Positions 12,940 through 24,889 of a stretch of 64,000 bases of DNA are shown piece after piece. This DNA comes from Lingula anatina (taxonomy: Eukaryota; Animalia; Brachiopoda). The stretch lies in the NCBI GenBank assembly GCA_051362555.1, contig CM120642.1:25668001-25732000 (forward strand), written 5' to 3'. Position numbers and translations under genes: made by a program. Numbering within the stretch: the stretch's first letter is position 1; the number at the start of each line of letters is the position of its first letter. The notes beneath the pieces were generated by a model. That model did not search any database. It saw only the letters and a list, made by a program, of their open reading frames with translations, and was not told the DNA's origin.

Positions 12940-14298
12940 TTTGATTTATATTCAGATGAAGCACTTAGAAGACATGGGTTTACCGTCCTATGTGGCAGTT
13001 CGATTCATGACCACAGAGGGGGTGTGCAATTTCCTCAGTCGTTTAGCTACGACCCTGATCGGAGACCGTGTGAAGGGACATATATTAGAGATTCACGCAG
13101 TTTTGGCGTTTATCTTATCAGCAGACATGGTTCTGGGATATGCTGCTACGGCATCTACAGCTTTTATACCGTATAGTATAGGTAACTACTAAAATTGAAT
13201 TGAAATCTGGATCAGAAGTATGTGATATTCCAACAGTAATATTTGCTCATTTGATTCAAAACACGTGAAATATTCATTGTTAATACAAAACTGCATTTCA
13301 TGACAGTATAAAATGAAGGTATGTCATCCTATATTAACACTGTGGACGAGAATCATTTAAAATGATTGTCCTTGCCTTCCAAAAAGGAAGGCAGGCCACA
13401 CTGTGAGGACAATAGTACCATATTTTGCAAAGCCCCACCTTTACCGCACTTTATTTTAACAAAATTAAAATTAACGAAATAGGAATATAGAAATAGGAAA
13501 ATAGAATTTTTCCCACCCGTCTCTTCGTGCTGTGTTGGATTCAACTGTCTAATGGTAATGTAACAACTTCGGTTTAACAACAGTTCTAGGTTTTGGTCAG
13601 GGTCCATTACTTGCCGCTGTCTATGCGTCATGTTCAGAAGTCATGTCTGGACAACACGTGCATCAAGTATTTGTTCTCTGGAGCGGTGGTTTATACGTTG
13701 GAATGGCCGTAGCGCCGTATCTCTCAGGTATAGGATTTAATCAATTTCTTGATATGTCATACAGTGTATCCATATCCTGCGTATTGGTCAGGTTGATGTC
13801 ATTGTTTGTTTAGGCTATTCGTGTGTAATTTTAGAATAACTTTTTTTCTTTATGTGAATTTTTCTTTTATCACTGGATAAAAATTCAAATGAAATTAGTT
13901 TCATGATATGAGAATGGGTTTTTATTCAGTATTGCCTTTATACACTGTATGACAGTCATTTTAATTAAAGACATTTAAATGTTTTGTAGGCTGTGTTCTT
14001 TGAACATTAGATACACTCGTGCTAAAATGGTGGAATATATTGAAATCTAGAGACATTATTACTTTTAAGTCCACTGTGACTTTCAACACAAAACATGTTA
14101 TAGGCCTACTGATGGCCGTAGCAATACAATGACAAATAACTAATTTTCAAGTTACGGAGGAAGAAAAAATTCTGAGTAATGCACCATAGGTAGTTAGAGC
14201 TTTGTGTCCTGAAAATGTATAACTGAACAGAGGAGTGGATAGATTTCCGAGCCATCCAATTAAATTAGAACGAGCCCATCCAACGTCGGTCAGTTACT

Positions 14299-14518
14299 TA
14301 AGCCCCGTTTACACTGGGCGGGGTCCTTTGTGCGACCTTGACATTCTGCGTTCTTTGAGCGACCATGAGACTGGCATCACTGTGGTCGTTAGAGGTTGTA
14401 GAAGGAATGTTCAATGATCGGCCAGTTTTCGGCTCGTTAAGTTTTATTTTCTTTTACTCTCAAACGGGGCCGTACTCCGGGACGCAAAAAGGACGTCGTC
14501 CAGTCTAAAGGGGGCTTT
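14299..14518. mobile_element. Harbinger-like MITE
   Basis: Imperfect TIR AAGCCCCGTTTACACTGG / CCAGTCTAAAGGGGGCTT. Confidence 0.55.
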
Positions 14519-15509
14519 GCATAACTTCCATTATCGCAGTTAGGCATAGTTCATAAGCTGAGGAGTATTGCATTAATGTGACTTGTTAAGTTAAGGTCCA
14601 ATCACTGGCGTAAATTGGCCACGATTTATCAAATATGCAATTAATCATCAGAAGGAACCCAAACGAAAAAAAAAAACTCAAATATACTTGAAGTTGGAAC
14701 ATGGAAAATAGTAACACAACACCAATGGACTGGTTGAATTTTTTTTTTTGTCTTATTGAAATCGCATATGCGATATTCTGTTGAAATATTATATCATTTT
14801 AGCAAGAGTGTATGAGTAATTGTTAATATAGAATGTTGTTGAGGTCAAGCAAAGTGTTTTAATCGTTCCAGGTGCTATATACGACTGGAAGAACTCCTAT
14901 TCACTGGTATTTGTGACATTAGCGGTGGGATATTTTATATGTGGTTTCACCATGGTCGTTATAGTGGTAATGAATAAATATCCGTTGATGGCAAGGCATT
15001 ATAAGAGAATCACTTATCACAAGTAAAAAAAACTCGAAAAAGGTCTCAAATAGCAGCTCAAAGGCTGAGTCCAATAAAGAACTCATAAGAGGAGACTATA
15101 CGTCAATATTCCGGTTTGAATTTATGTACCGTGATTCTAGTGAAGATTAAAAGGCGAACTACACCGGCATTTTGATTTGAAGTTATTTTTAAATGTGTGC
15201 GACTACCTCGTTGGCAACATACACCTCCAAAAGCTAGGTTAAAAAATATACATGTAGCATTTTGCATAGTAGTACCGGTAGGGTGGAACAAGCTGCCAAT
15301 TTATCTAAGACTTACAGAAGCACAAAAATCATCTAGATAGAATTGAAATGGCACATTTTAAAACGTTTTACATACAGGAAATCTTGATTTTTTTACTTTT
15401 AATTACTGTTGAGTAATCAAACTTTCCATGTCAATATTTTTCTTATTTATAAACATTTATGAACTTTTATTTTGTACAATCTACCGAACATTTTATGGAT
15501 TTTAGACTC

Positions 15510-15567
15510 AAAATAAATAAATAAATAAATATAATAAGAATAATTATTATTTGTGGTTAGAGCTGAA

Positions 15568-15610
<43 letters not shown>

Positions 15611-15780
15611 GTAAATAATTTTCTTTTCCTTCATTCTTTCATTCATTTAATAAATTATTAATTAATTAATTAATTTTCTTTTCATTCATTCTTTCATTTA
15701 TTTAATAAATTATTAAATAATTTATGAATTAATAAATTAATAATTTATTAAATGAATGAAAGAATGAATGAAAAGAAAAT
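15510..15780. repeat. (AAAT)n microsatellite plus AT-rich inverted repeat
   Basis: A run of AAAT, followed by TTTTCTTTTCATTCATTCTTTCATT...AATGAATGAAAGAATGAATGAAAAGAAAA, which forms a hairpin. Confidence 0.75.
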
Positions 15781-15817
15781 GCATAGAGGGATTCGTTTCT
15801 AATAAATTTTTGATATA

Positions 15818-17336
15818 CAACATTGGTCAAAAAGGTTGTCCCACCCCCATTTCTGTTAACCATTATTTACAAATGATCACATGACAGTTGTAAATTGTTA
15901 TAAACGGTGCTTTTTATTCCAGATACCTTTTCCAACATGATTAATGGCAAAAATATGCACATTTTATACTATTTAGTAAAATTTAAAACAGGTACCCCCT
16001 CAAATCCAATGTTTCACTGTGATTTCCATAGCTGTAAAAAATGTCTATTAAATTAAGAAGACGCCATCAAATGTCACCAAATTTATACACAATTAGCATT
16101 AGGATGTGCTCGTAAAAGGTCACTTGCCTAATGGCGTGTGCGTCTTCCGGGTACTGCAATTATCTCCTGTAGACGGCGCGACTAGCCTTCAAAAAGGGTA
16201 ACAATTCTGTTTTGTCGGTTTTTGTCCGATTCTCCCTAAATAGCTTGGAGGAGTTGGTCCAGATTGTTAGAGGGATGGTTCTCCTGTGCATTGCACACTC
16301 CAATTCATGTCAAAGGTGATAAGTAAGGTTAATATCAGGGCTCAAAGATGGTGGTTCCATCCTTTGAGCATTGTGTTTCTACAACAAATCGCTTGTCAGG
16401 CGAGAGGTGTGAGCAGGTGTGCTGTCATTATGAAGCCTGGAGTTAACCCCAAAGTCAGTTCTTGAAGATGGAGTGATGTATCAGCTGAGTGTGCTACGTT
16501 CAGAGATCCCACAGGCACCTGAACCTGGCCATCCATCACTGGAAGAAGTCGGTTTTGCTGCTGAATGAAGTTATTTCTTGTATCCCATCAATGATCAAAT
16601 GTGGGTCCGTAAACATGTTGAAAAATGCCTCGTTGAAGGGTGTGTGCAGCATAATATTGCCTAAGGTGTTAGATCAGTCCGTATTTGGAGAACAATCTAA
16701 GCCCATGGTATTAGTACATTGTTCCTTCTTGAACAAAACGTAACGGGGGCATTTTTACTGTAAAATTCTCAACAGATAGCTCACTCCATTTGCAAGAGGT
16801 GACTTCATGGATGTTACCTGGGCATTAATTTGAATGTGCATTGCAGAGGCGAACCAATTCCCAAATAATCTGGACCAATTCCGCCACGCCCTTTAGGATA
16901 AATGAGACAATCTTCACAAAACAGAATTATTGCCCTTGTTGAAGGCTTGTAGCGCCATCTACAGGAGATAATTGCAGTACCCGGTAGACGCACACGCTAT
17001 TAGTCACGCGACCTTTAACGAGCACATCCTAATGCTAATTGTGTGTAAATTTGGTGACATTAGATGGCGTCTTCTTAATTTAATAGACATTTCTTAACAT
17101 CTATGGAAATTACAGTGAAACATTGGATTTGAGGGGGCACCTGTTATAAATTTTACTAAACGGTATAAAATGTGCATATTTTTGACACTATTTTGTATTT
17201 TCTGAACCATTTATCATGTTGAAAAAGGTATCTAGAATAAAAAGCACCGTTTATAACAATTTACACTTGCGAGGTGATCATTTGTAAATATAAGAACATG
17301 GAAATGGGGGTGGGACAACCTTTTTGACCAATGCTG
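15818..17336 (-). mobile_element. Decayed Tc1/mariner transposon with long (~400 bp) TIRs
   Basis: TIR CA(A/G)CATTGGTCAAAAAGGTTGTCCCACCCCCATTTC with TA flanks. The empty site is visible in the duplicated block at ~24900. The minus strand at ~16300-16440 reads HNDSTPAHTSRLT...SPDINLTYHL*HEL, a stop-containing version of the Tc1 QDNAPxH...SPDLNPIEHLW motif. Confidence 0.85.
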
Positions 17337-17339
17337 TAT

Positions 17340-18570
17340 ATGCGAAATGTGGTGCAGTAATTGCAGGGTAGTTCCCCTTTTTGTCGTCGCGGCGCCACCG
17401 TCTAGTGCCTAGCTAACGAACGTAACGATTGTGAAAAGATGGAGATTTGTAAGGCATAATGAACATTTTCACCGAACGAAACATCACATTTAACATGCAC
17501 ATTATTGGAGCTGACTTGAATCTTGCTAAAATTGTTCTTGTTTACACAATAACTGTCTGGGGAAGAGTATTTTTTTTTAATTTTACCTTACATCTCTTGT
17601 ACAGGTATACCGATGTACGTGTACGTCTTGACATACGTGTAGTTTAATAAGAATAAACGTTGAATTTCTAACCATATGGGATATCCGTTTCCTTCACCTC
17701 TTTGCAGGTCCAGAATTTTGCTCACTAGAAGGTATGATGATAATTCTTCTCTTTTCTTTCTATTTTGAATATTTTATTTATTTATATATTTATTATTTAT
17801 ATTTTTTCTCGGCAAATAGTAGATGAGGACAATTCTACTTGAATTTTCAAGGCCAAGGAATTGAATACCCTTTTTGTTTTGTGTCGTTTATACATGTACT
17901 TTCTGGAGATGAGAGTAAGGTAACCGCGGGACCAAAGCGGGGAGGGGGGGGGGGAGAGGGTGACATTTACCTGTACTTGCCTGCTGAGCCTTCCCTTGAC
18001 TGACATAGTAAATTGTAAAAGTTTCGACGGGGGCAGTGGAAAATTACATGCACTGTGTGCGACAAAAAAAGATAAAATAAATAAATAAATAAATAAAATG
18101 CTGATCACTGTCATCAGATTATTTTGACTGACAACTACTGTAAATCAAACAAAGCAAGCCAATTTCCACGTGTATATGTATCTGACAAAGAGTGAGAATT
18201 CAAACACGTACACGTTCGGTGCACAAGCAACTTCCTGTTTAACTTATCTGAGAGCAAGAAATATTTCTTGATTTCTTGACATGAGTAAATGCCCCCAAAC
18301 GTAATCAAATCTGATATCTCCCACCAACCACCTTGGCGCAGTTTTGAATCGTGTGCATCCCGGAGTCATTGCGAAGATGGCAGAAAGTTTCCTGTGTAAC
18401 TAACAGGTGTTGTGCACGGCTGTGTTTAAGAAATAATTATAATCGTTTCCGGGTGTATGCATGCTCAGTGGTATTTATAGATAAACGTGCAAATGTGGAA
18501 TCCTCGCTGCACACCTTCAACATAACCGGATAGTAACGACTGAGGTTTCCAAAATGTCTCACCGGTATTA
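17340..18570 (-). other. Unit C1: TATA-containing promoter homologous to the type-A peptide-gene promoter, followed by exon-like blocks of unclear coding status
   Basis: Shares GAGACATTTTGGAAAC...GCAGCGAGGATT...TATAAATA with the type-A promoters. Downstream AG/GT-bounded blocks (~18055-17971, ~17556-17340) recur at 24900-25820 but with frame-shifting indels. Confidence 0.35.
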
Positions 18571-18889
18571 AAACGTAAAGCTTCCGGGATCCAGCAAATT
18601 ACATATAGTATTAGTACATAAAGTATATTATTATGACAAGAGTCAAGGCTTATGGTGGATGCCTGACACTTATTTGTCACCCGAGGCGTCGAGGTCCGTG
18701 TAATAAGCAATCAAAGCAGGTGGGGCGTGGCGTGGAGGGATGCACTAATGATAGTTGTAAGTTTCCCACAGCGTTTTTACAGAAGAAAAATTCTTGTGCA
18801 AGTGCACTTTAAAACAGTATTGACTTTGAATAGTGGTCACACGGAGTGTCAAAGGTCACTGAAAACAACATTCTAGCTACTGAACCGTG

Positions 18890-19057
18890 CAGGCCCGTAG
18901 CCAGGGGGGGTTCGGGGGGTTCGAAAGAACCGCCCCTTTTGCCGGGAAAAGGTCCACTCTGGATAAAATTTGTTCTAGGTACATGAAGTTTTTATGGGAA
19001 AAGGTCCACTTTTTCAGAAAAAGAACCCCCCTTTTGAAATTGCTGGCTACGGGCCTG
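18890..19057. mobile_element. hAT-like MITE
   Basis: TIR CAGGCCCGTAGCCAG / CTGGCTACGGGCCTG. Absent from the paralogous spacer copies at ~26415 and ~36515 (empty sites). Confidence 0.8.
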
Positions 19058-19571
19058 GAACGACAGAAACATGTTGATGATAAAGGAAAGCCTCTAGAGA
19101 CACCTCTATAAGTCAAGGAGATGGATGGCGGGGTCTGTACGTTTGCTAGTTGCCAAAACCGCGTCCAGCTATTGAGGTATGCAGCCAGGAATATAATGCT
19201 AGCATATACAGTGTATACACCGTTTAAGTAGGCAACTACACGCACCCACTTCAGCACTGTGATAATGTCAGTATCAATGTAAAAATTGCATGGTCTGGTT
19301 AAGTTGCCCTCTCACCCAAAATATCGCGTGAGAATATCGGTAACAAGGCCAACGAACCATGAAAGTGTTCTGCAAGTATTATTGAAATCTTTGGCTAAAC
19401 GTGTATTGTTTTGCTGAAGAATGAGTATGTTACTCTTGAAATTGGAATTTCAATGTAACGGTATCCTCACAATTCTTCTGATTAACATCATTTTAGATTT
19501 TGTTAGAAAAATAAATTTTGTACATGCAATATTTTGATTGTTCATAGATTCTAAATAGACAAAGGCACATA

Positions 19572-19653
<82 letters not shown>

Positions 19654-19857
19654 CTGCAACACGTATTACGCAGTGAAACTAATAGTTGCTTTCTTTGTGT
19701 ATTCATACCTTATGGCTCTGTTTATTTTTACCATTACGACGCAACACAAAAATGGCATTGACTTAATGTTACCTCAAAAGAATACTCTAATTCTCCAAAC
19801 TGATGTCAATAATTGATTGTGAATCGTATCAAGGATTCTTGATCATATACATGTGTG

Positions 19858-20468
19858 CTCCCCTACCAAAAAGTGTCACCCCTAATGCAATGCGTAAGTG
19901 ATACAGAAAACCGTGTCGTTAACCAGTGTTTTTGTTTTTACATTCAACTTCTAAAACATTTTCCACCAATCTTTACCGATTGTACAACCAATTATAAGGC
20001 TAACAATAGTAAAATAATTAAAGTCTCATATTTCGTACAGTATCCTCTAGATTGGAGAATGCTGCTGACGCGTCTGTGTCTGGAGTCAAAAAAATTTGTA
20101 ACGTTTGCGAAGTGATGGCGTCCCACAAAGGTGCAACGATGCATACAGTATTGTTTCCATTATTTGCAGGGTTATCCTTCAGTTTTCCATATTGGAGGAT
20201 AACCCTGCACCCTCTTATGTCAGTCGCTCGGTGAAAATGTATCCATCTCGCTTAGAAGCCGCATATCGAAAATATATAATTAGTATAAGGGTATTTCAAT
20301 GGTCCCACTAAAATATAGGTAAGTCAATGTTCCACATCTTACGCCCCCAACTTACACGATAAACGGTTTCCTAGTTGTTATGTAATAGTAAAATTAATCT
20401 ATGGGTACCCTTGTAACAAATTAATGTCCACAAATGTGGTTGGGGTGACACACTTTTTTGGATGGGGA
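19858..20468. mobile_element. Tc1/mariner-type MITE
   Basis: Imperfect TIR CTCCCCTACCAAAAAGTGTCACCCC / GGGGTGACACACTTTTTTGGATGGGGA. Missing from the paralogous site at ~27110. A related end occurs at ~11705. Confidence 0.6.
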
Positions 20469-20764
20469 ATTTATACCGGGGGAAATTTAGCTTACTTGGG
20501 CCAAATATTTAAGGTAATGTCCTGGACTGAATTTCTTTCTTTTGAAGTTACGCATTCTTACAATACCGTACGTTATACGCATGACTTTTTGAAATCATGT
20601 TTGTAACACTTGTTTAAAATCGTGTTACAGTGCCTTTAACTCCTCCAAAATTTTGCTACATTTGATCTTTGAAAATAAAACGCTTTATATGTGAGTTCTA
20701 AACGTTATACGGCGTGTGTGGAGTAGACATCTTTACGACCTTGTTAAATAAGACCCATGCAGTT

Positions 20765-21524
20765 TTATTGCTCTACGCAAAGATCGCAATCCCTTACGTT
20801 TATCCTTGCCTTTTCCTCGGGACAGCACTCGCAGGAGTAAACCTTCATTTCAGGTACGAGTTGGGCAAGACGTATGGTTTGTTCGAACGTCTCTTCCCTG
20901 TGGAAAAAAAAGTGTTTTTAATTTTGGCTTTTTAGGTCGAATTTTATTTTAACATGAAAATGTCCATTTTGAGTTCTATGAAAACGCTATTTCGTTTAAC
21001 TGTATTCACTTCGAAAAGTGGCCATAACACTTCGTTGTGTGTTCTGCAAATGCCTTCCATAATTTTATATTTTGGTTACCTGATCGGATGAAGATAGTCC
21101 CCAGAGGATGGCAGAGTATATCCCAAATATAAGCCAAGGGCAGTTCCAGCTTGACATCTGTGTAAATGCTTGATTATGTTTACATGTATTTCTGATTTTG
21201 TAACCTCAGGCGGCATCAATGTGTCTGAAATAAAGCAGGTGAAGCACCCTATTTCTTTTTCGCCTCTTAATAACCAGGAGAAGATACTAAAGGTAATTAT
21301 AATATTACTAGAGGTAATCATAATAATCTTTTTTTACACTGAAAGACAGTTTAAGATACGAGACAATTGAGGTAGCTTTTACTTTTTGCATGATATCTGT
21401 ATCGTCGCTTTTATTGTCAAATGACTGTTAGCACTGACTACTAACCAATAGGTGACCCAGCTTGTGATGGCAGCGCTGAAGTAAGCAAGGCGCAGAGAAA
21501 CAATCCACAGAATTGCACTGTCAT
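20765..21524 (-). CDS. Secreted Cys-rich small protein, family type A, copy A1 (3 exons, 118 aa)
   Basis: Exons 21524-21446, 21224-21080 and 20897-20765 (GT-AG, phases 1 and 2) give MTVQFCGLFLCALLTSALPSQAGSPIDTLMPPEVTKSEIHVNIIKHLHRCQAGTALGLYLGYTLPSSGDYLHPIREETFEQTIRLAQLVPEMKVYSCECCPEEKARINVRDCDLCVEQ*. Signal-peptide-like N-terminus, upstream TATA box, and AATAAA overlapping the stop. Confidence 0.8.
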
Positions 21525-21624
21525 CACGGGCTGTCGAAATTTTCCTCTGTAGCTAACAGGCGGGGTGCATGGATGAGTTCTAGAAATAATTGCTGTCGTT
21601 CTCGTGAGTGTGCATGTCCAGTGC

Positions 21625-21725
21625 TATTTATACATAAACGTGACGACGTCAAATCCTCGCTGCACGCCTCCAACATAAGCGTAGAAAGCAGCGACTCACG
21701 TTTCCAAAATGTCTCGCCGGTATAA
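21625..21725 (-). promoter_or_regulatory. Type-A promoter: TATA box plus CRE-like element
   Basis: TATAAATA at 21632-21625, ~100 nt above the ATG, preceded by TGACGTCGTCACG. The same block recurs above A2 (~28015-28110), A3 (~37325-37420), C1 and C2. Confidence 0.6.
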
Positions 21726-22124
21726 ACACGTGAGAGCGCAACGCGAATAATGAAATTATTGTTACGGATATTGTTATGGCCACTGAAACCAAGCATTCTT
21801 ATACTACAGTTACTTGATACGTACAACTTATTGAAATCATACTTATAAACATTTATTTAAATTCGTGTAACAGCACCTTTAATTTTTTCGTTTTTTAATT
21901 GCCATATTTACGGGCCACCATCAACTCTCAGCTGCCGAATGTCATGTAAACATGATTTAGTAAAATATTTGGACTTGGTTGTCAGAATTTCGCCCACAAT
22001 AAGTTATTTGTTTCCTCCAACAAATTGCTCCATTCGGTCTTAAAAAACAGTTTATATGCTTTATACATTAAGTGTGTGTGGAGTAGACATCTGCCCGATC
22101 TTGTTAAATAAGACCCATGCAGTT

Positions 22125-22553
22125 TTAATGCTCCACGCAAATACGGCAACTACTAAGCCTGTCCATGGGACAGCACAAGCAGGAATAAACCTTCATTTCA
22201 GGCACGAGTCTGGCAAGACGTATGTATTCTTCGAAGTTCTCTTCCCTGTTGAACAAAAAAAAACAATCTTTTGAATTTTGACTTTTTACATCGAAAGAAC
22301 GTATATTGTATTTTGCCATTATTATGTACATTTTTATTCCATGCACTATAAACACATTTTTTTCTAGTTATATTCACTTTGAAAATTGATATTTGTTCTG
22401 TGCTCTACGAATATCTTCTATAATTTTATCCATTGGTTACCTGATCGGATAAAGATAGTCCCCATCGGATGACAGAGTATATCCCAAATAGAAATCTGCA
22501 ACATAATGCAGATTTTAAATTATTTCGTACAACCAATGTGCGTGTGTAGGTGT

Positions 22554-22591
<38 letters not shown>

Positions 22592-23478
22592 AATGGTAGA
22601 GTCAGATACTACTAATGACAAGTCTGGCACATTACCGCAACCAAATTCGTCTACATGTAAGTTTTCAATTCTGATGAGACGCAACTCTGAAATTAAAAGA
22701 TATTAGATTTCTTAAATTATCATAATAGTGATAATAATCTTGTTCCACACGCCAGATGTTTGTCTACCAGTTAGACGGGTAAGGGTAGTGCAGTTAAGCA
22801 ACGTACGTTGAACTACCTGTATCGAAATAAAAAGGGAGATTGAAGGCTCAATAGCCACAAAGGAAAAGTGTTTAACTCTCAAGAAGGAAGTACGTTGAGT
22901 ACATGCTTCTTTTACACACAGTAGGCCTACACGTGAAATAATTTGTTTATAGAATAACTAAAATTTGGCTTACTTATGCCAAATGTGCCCATGAATATAA
23001 CTTAGGTGCTGAGGTTACCATTGCCCCTTATATCCACAGCCAGTTTACCGGATTAATTTTGATTGCTCCAAACAGTTGGAATCGAACCCGCGAAACTGAG
23101 TACCCCCCCCCCCTCCAGTAATGTTATTACATGTTAGGATCAGTCTGTTTCGTTACCGATACATGTACATGTACACACGCTGTTAAAAACCCACTAACCT
23201 ATGTCTAACTATCAGGCTCACAGGGTACACGCATAAAAGAAAATAATACTAATACCTGAGGTTCTCCATTCTTCTTTTCCGAAACCAATTTTCAATTACA
23301 CTGTTTGATGACATTTGATTTGATTCTATCGTGTGCATCATGTGACACCGGTATAGTAACATGAATCTGTTTTAACGGACAAATATGCATTTAATACCGG
23401 GTACCTACCGTAAGTTTGTGGTGAATATGCTACAAAAACCAAGCCGATTAAAATAACATCGCAGAATTGAACCGCCAT
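22125..23478 (-). CDS. Secreted Cys-rich small protein, type B, copy B1 (4 exons, 98 aa)
   Basis: Exons 23478-23409, 22686-22636, 22495-22441 and 22245-22125 give MAVQFCDVILIGLVFVAYSPQTYELRLIRIENLHVDEFGCDFYLGYTLSSDGDYLYPIREENFEEYIRLARLVPEMKVYSCLCCPMDRLSSCRICVEH*. All introns are GT-AG and the phases are consistent. Confidence 0.8.
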
Positions 23479-23569
23479 CGTGAACCAACTGTTTGCGTGA
23501 GAAAGCCGCTTCACTTGCATTAAATGTATTAAGTGGGGTAGAGAACTATTAAATTCTTAGTGGCTGAAC

Positions 23570-23682
23570 TATTGGTGGGGGGTACGACCTTGAAACTTAC
23601 AGTCGGGCTGACGTCACTTGCCTTAGCAACCGGCAAGTTGGGGTAACGCCATTGTAAAAAAAAAAAAAAAAAACATGGCGGA
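23570..23682 (-). promoter_or_regulatory. Type-B promoter: CCAAT, perfect CRE, X-box-like and YY1-like motifs
   Basis: ATTGG at 23571, TGACGTCA at 23609-23616, CTTGCCTTAGCAAC and AACATGGCGG. The CRE is conserved at 35598-35605 (B3) and 41747-41754 (B5) and lost above B2. Confidence 0.55.
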
Positions 23683-24259
23683 TCATATTGACTGGTACGT
23701 TAAAGTTGACAGACTTTTTAAGATTATATCAATCTTCACAGGGCATGATCACATCTGTCAGGATGGGTGTGCCATTACCAGGACGATTTCTTTACAGGAT
23801 TTTGTTATTAGACGGAGTTGCAACAGGGTTGCGTTGGTCCCCTAAGCAGCTTATTTCTTATTTTTCAAAAAAGACGCAAACAAGTGTTAAAACTCTGCTC
23901 CCCAGATTGTATTTATATACAGACCATGGGACCCAAGCCAAATAGCCTTGATAACATCGCCGCCAGTAGCTTCATCCCAACTCTTAGAAGCCCATTTCCC
24001 AATGTTAAGTCCACATATTTCGTATGATGAAATTCCCATAACCAGTTTCGTCTGCCGTATCAGTAATTTTTTCATTCCTCTCCACAGATATACATTACCC
24101 TATTTCGCCATTTTTAGCCTTCGTAGTGCATTTCATCGCATTTCGACGTTCTTTTTTTCAAAACTAACGAAATTACTTTATATACACTTCCCTTCATTTA
24201 TGTGTAAATTATATATACATCTGTTAAATTTTATAAATCATTTTAAAAACCACGAATAC

Positions 24260-24298
<39 letters not shown>

Positions 24299-24889
24299 CC
24301 ATTGACTTGAACTGGCACAAATGCGATACGCAGGGTGTATTTTACTTCAATGCGTGTAAGTTTGCTTACTTCTCCGATGACCCCAATTTTTAAAATGCGT
24401 TTGATTTGCTAGGGCAGGTCTCAAACATAACTAAAGAATTGAAACTTTCAGTAATAGGGTAAAATAAAAACATCGATTTACATGCATTTAATATACTATC
24501 CCACGTCTTCAAAAACAAAAAAAAAAGAAAATTTAATTATATCTTCATAAATATAGGCCTATGATCGACTCTTCAAAACAACGGAACCCATTGATTTGAA
24601 TGGGGATAGGCCTACACAGGGTGTAATGCACATTAGCTTTGTATTTTTGCCATTGGCCCCCAACATTCTGCATGTATTTCATGCTCTTAGATATCCCTCC
24701 ACACAAGAAAATAACAATATTAGAGGACACGATTCTCTGTTTAAAGGTAGGCCTATCAGAGCCCCTTCCCAGAATTGATAAAATAGCTTAAATAAATAGA
24801 TAGATAAATAAGTAAATAAATAGATCAAGAATTATAAATAAATGTATAAATGTCTAAATGAGTAAAAGTGCATGGAAGGATTCGTTTCT

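Larger units (their letters stand above)
7736..15026 (+). pseudogene. MFS/SLC16-like transporter paralog (copy 2); exon 2 interrupted by a TIR element, probably a disrupted allele or young pseudogene
   Basis: Exons 7736-7883, 8526-11001 (split by the 8686-10858 insertion), 11524-11619, 12166-12335, 12956-13181, 13584-13727 and 14872-15026 align to copy 1 with GT-AG sites. The frame is otherwise open: ...SATFL | IFTHGIMTGF... resumes right after the insertion. Confidence 0.8.

Noticed and set aside
20714-20935. Recurrent plus-strand ORFs (LNKTHAVLLL...GTALAGVNLHF) at 20714, 22056, 27125, 32457 and 38864
   Set aside because: Antisense shadows of the Cys-rich terminal exon; the splice signals and Cys pattern are on the minus strand.
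21524-21826. Repeated GETFWKRESLL ORFs
   Set aside because: They translate the type-A promoter/5' UTR (contain the TATA box), and the frame is not conserved among copies.
23040-23100. GGTTCGATTCC (tRNA B-box-like) on the minus strand in type-B intron 1, repeated in the paralogs
   Set aside because: No A-box or cloverleaf is visible and the motif has decayed in B4/B5. It is shared only because the intron was duplicated. It also lacks a conserved AG acceptor, so it is not called as an exon.
23688-23945. Repeated ORF SQGMITSVRMGVPLPGRFLYR upstream of the B genes
   Set aside because: Starts, stops and frames differ among copies and there are no consistent splice sites; treated as duplicated upstream non-coding DNA.
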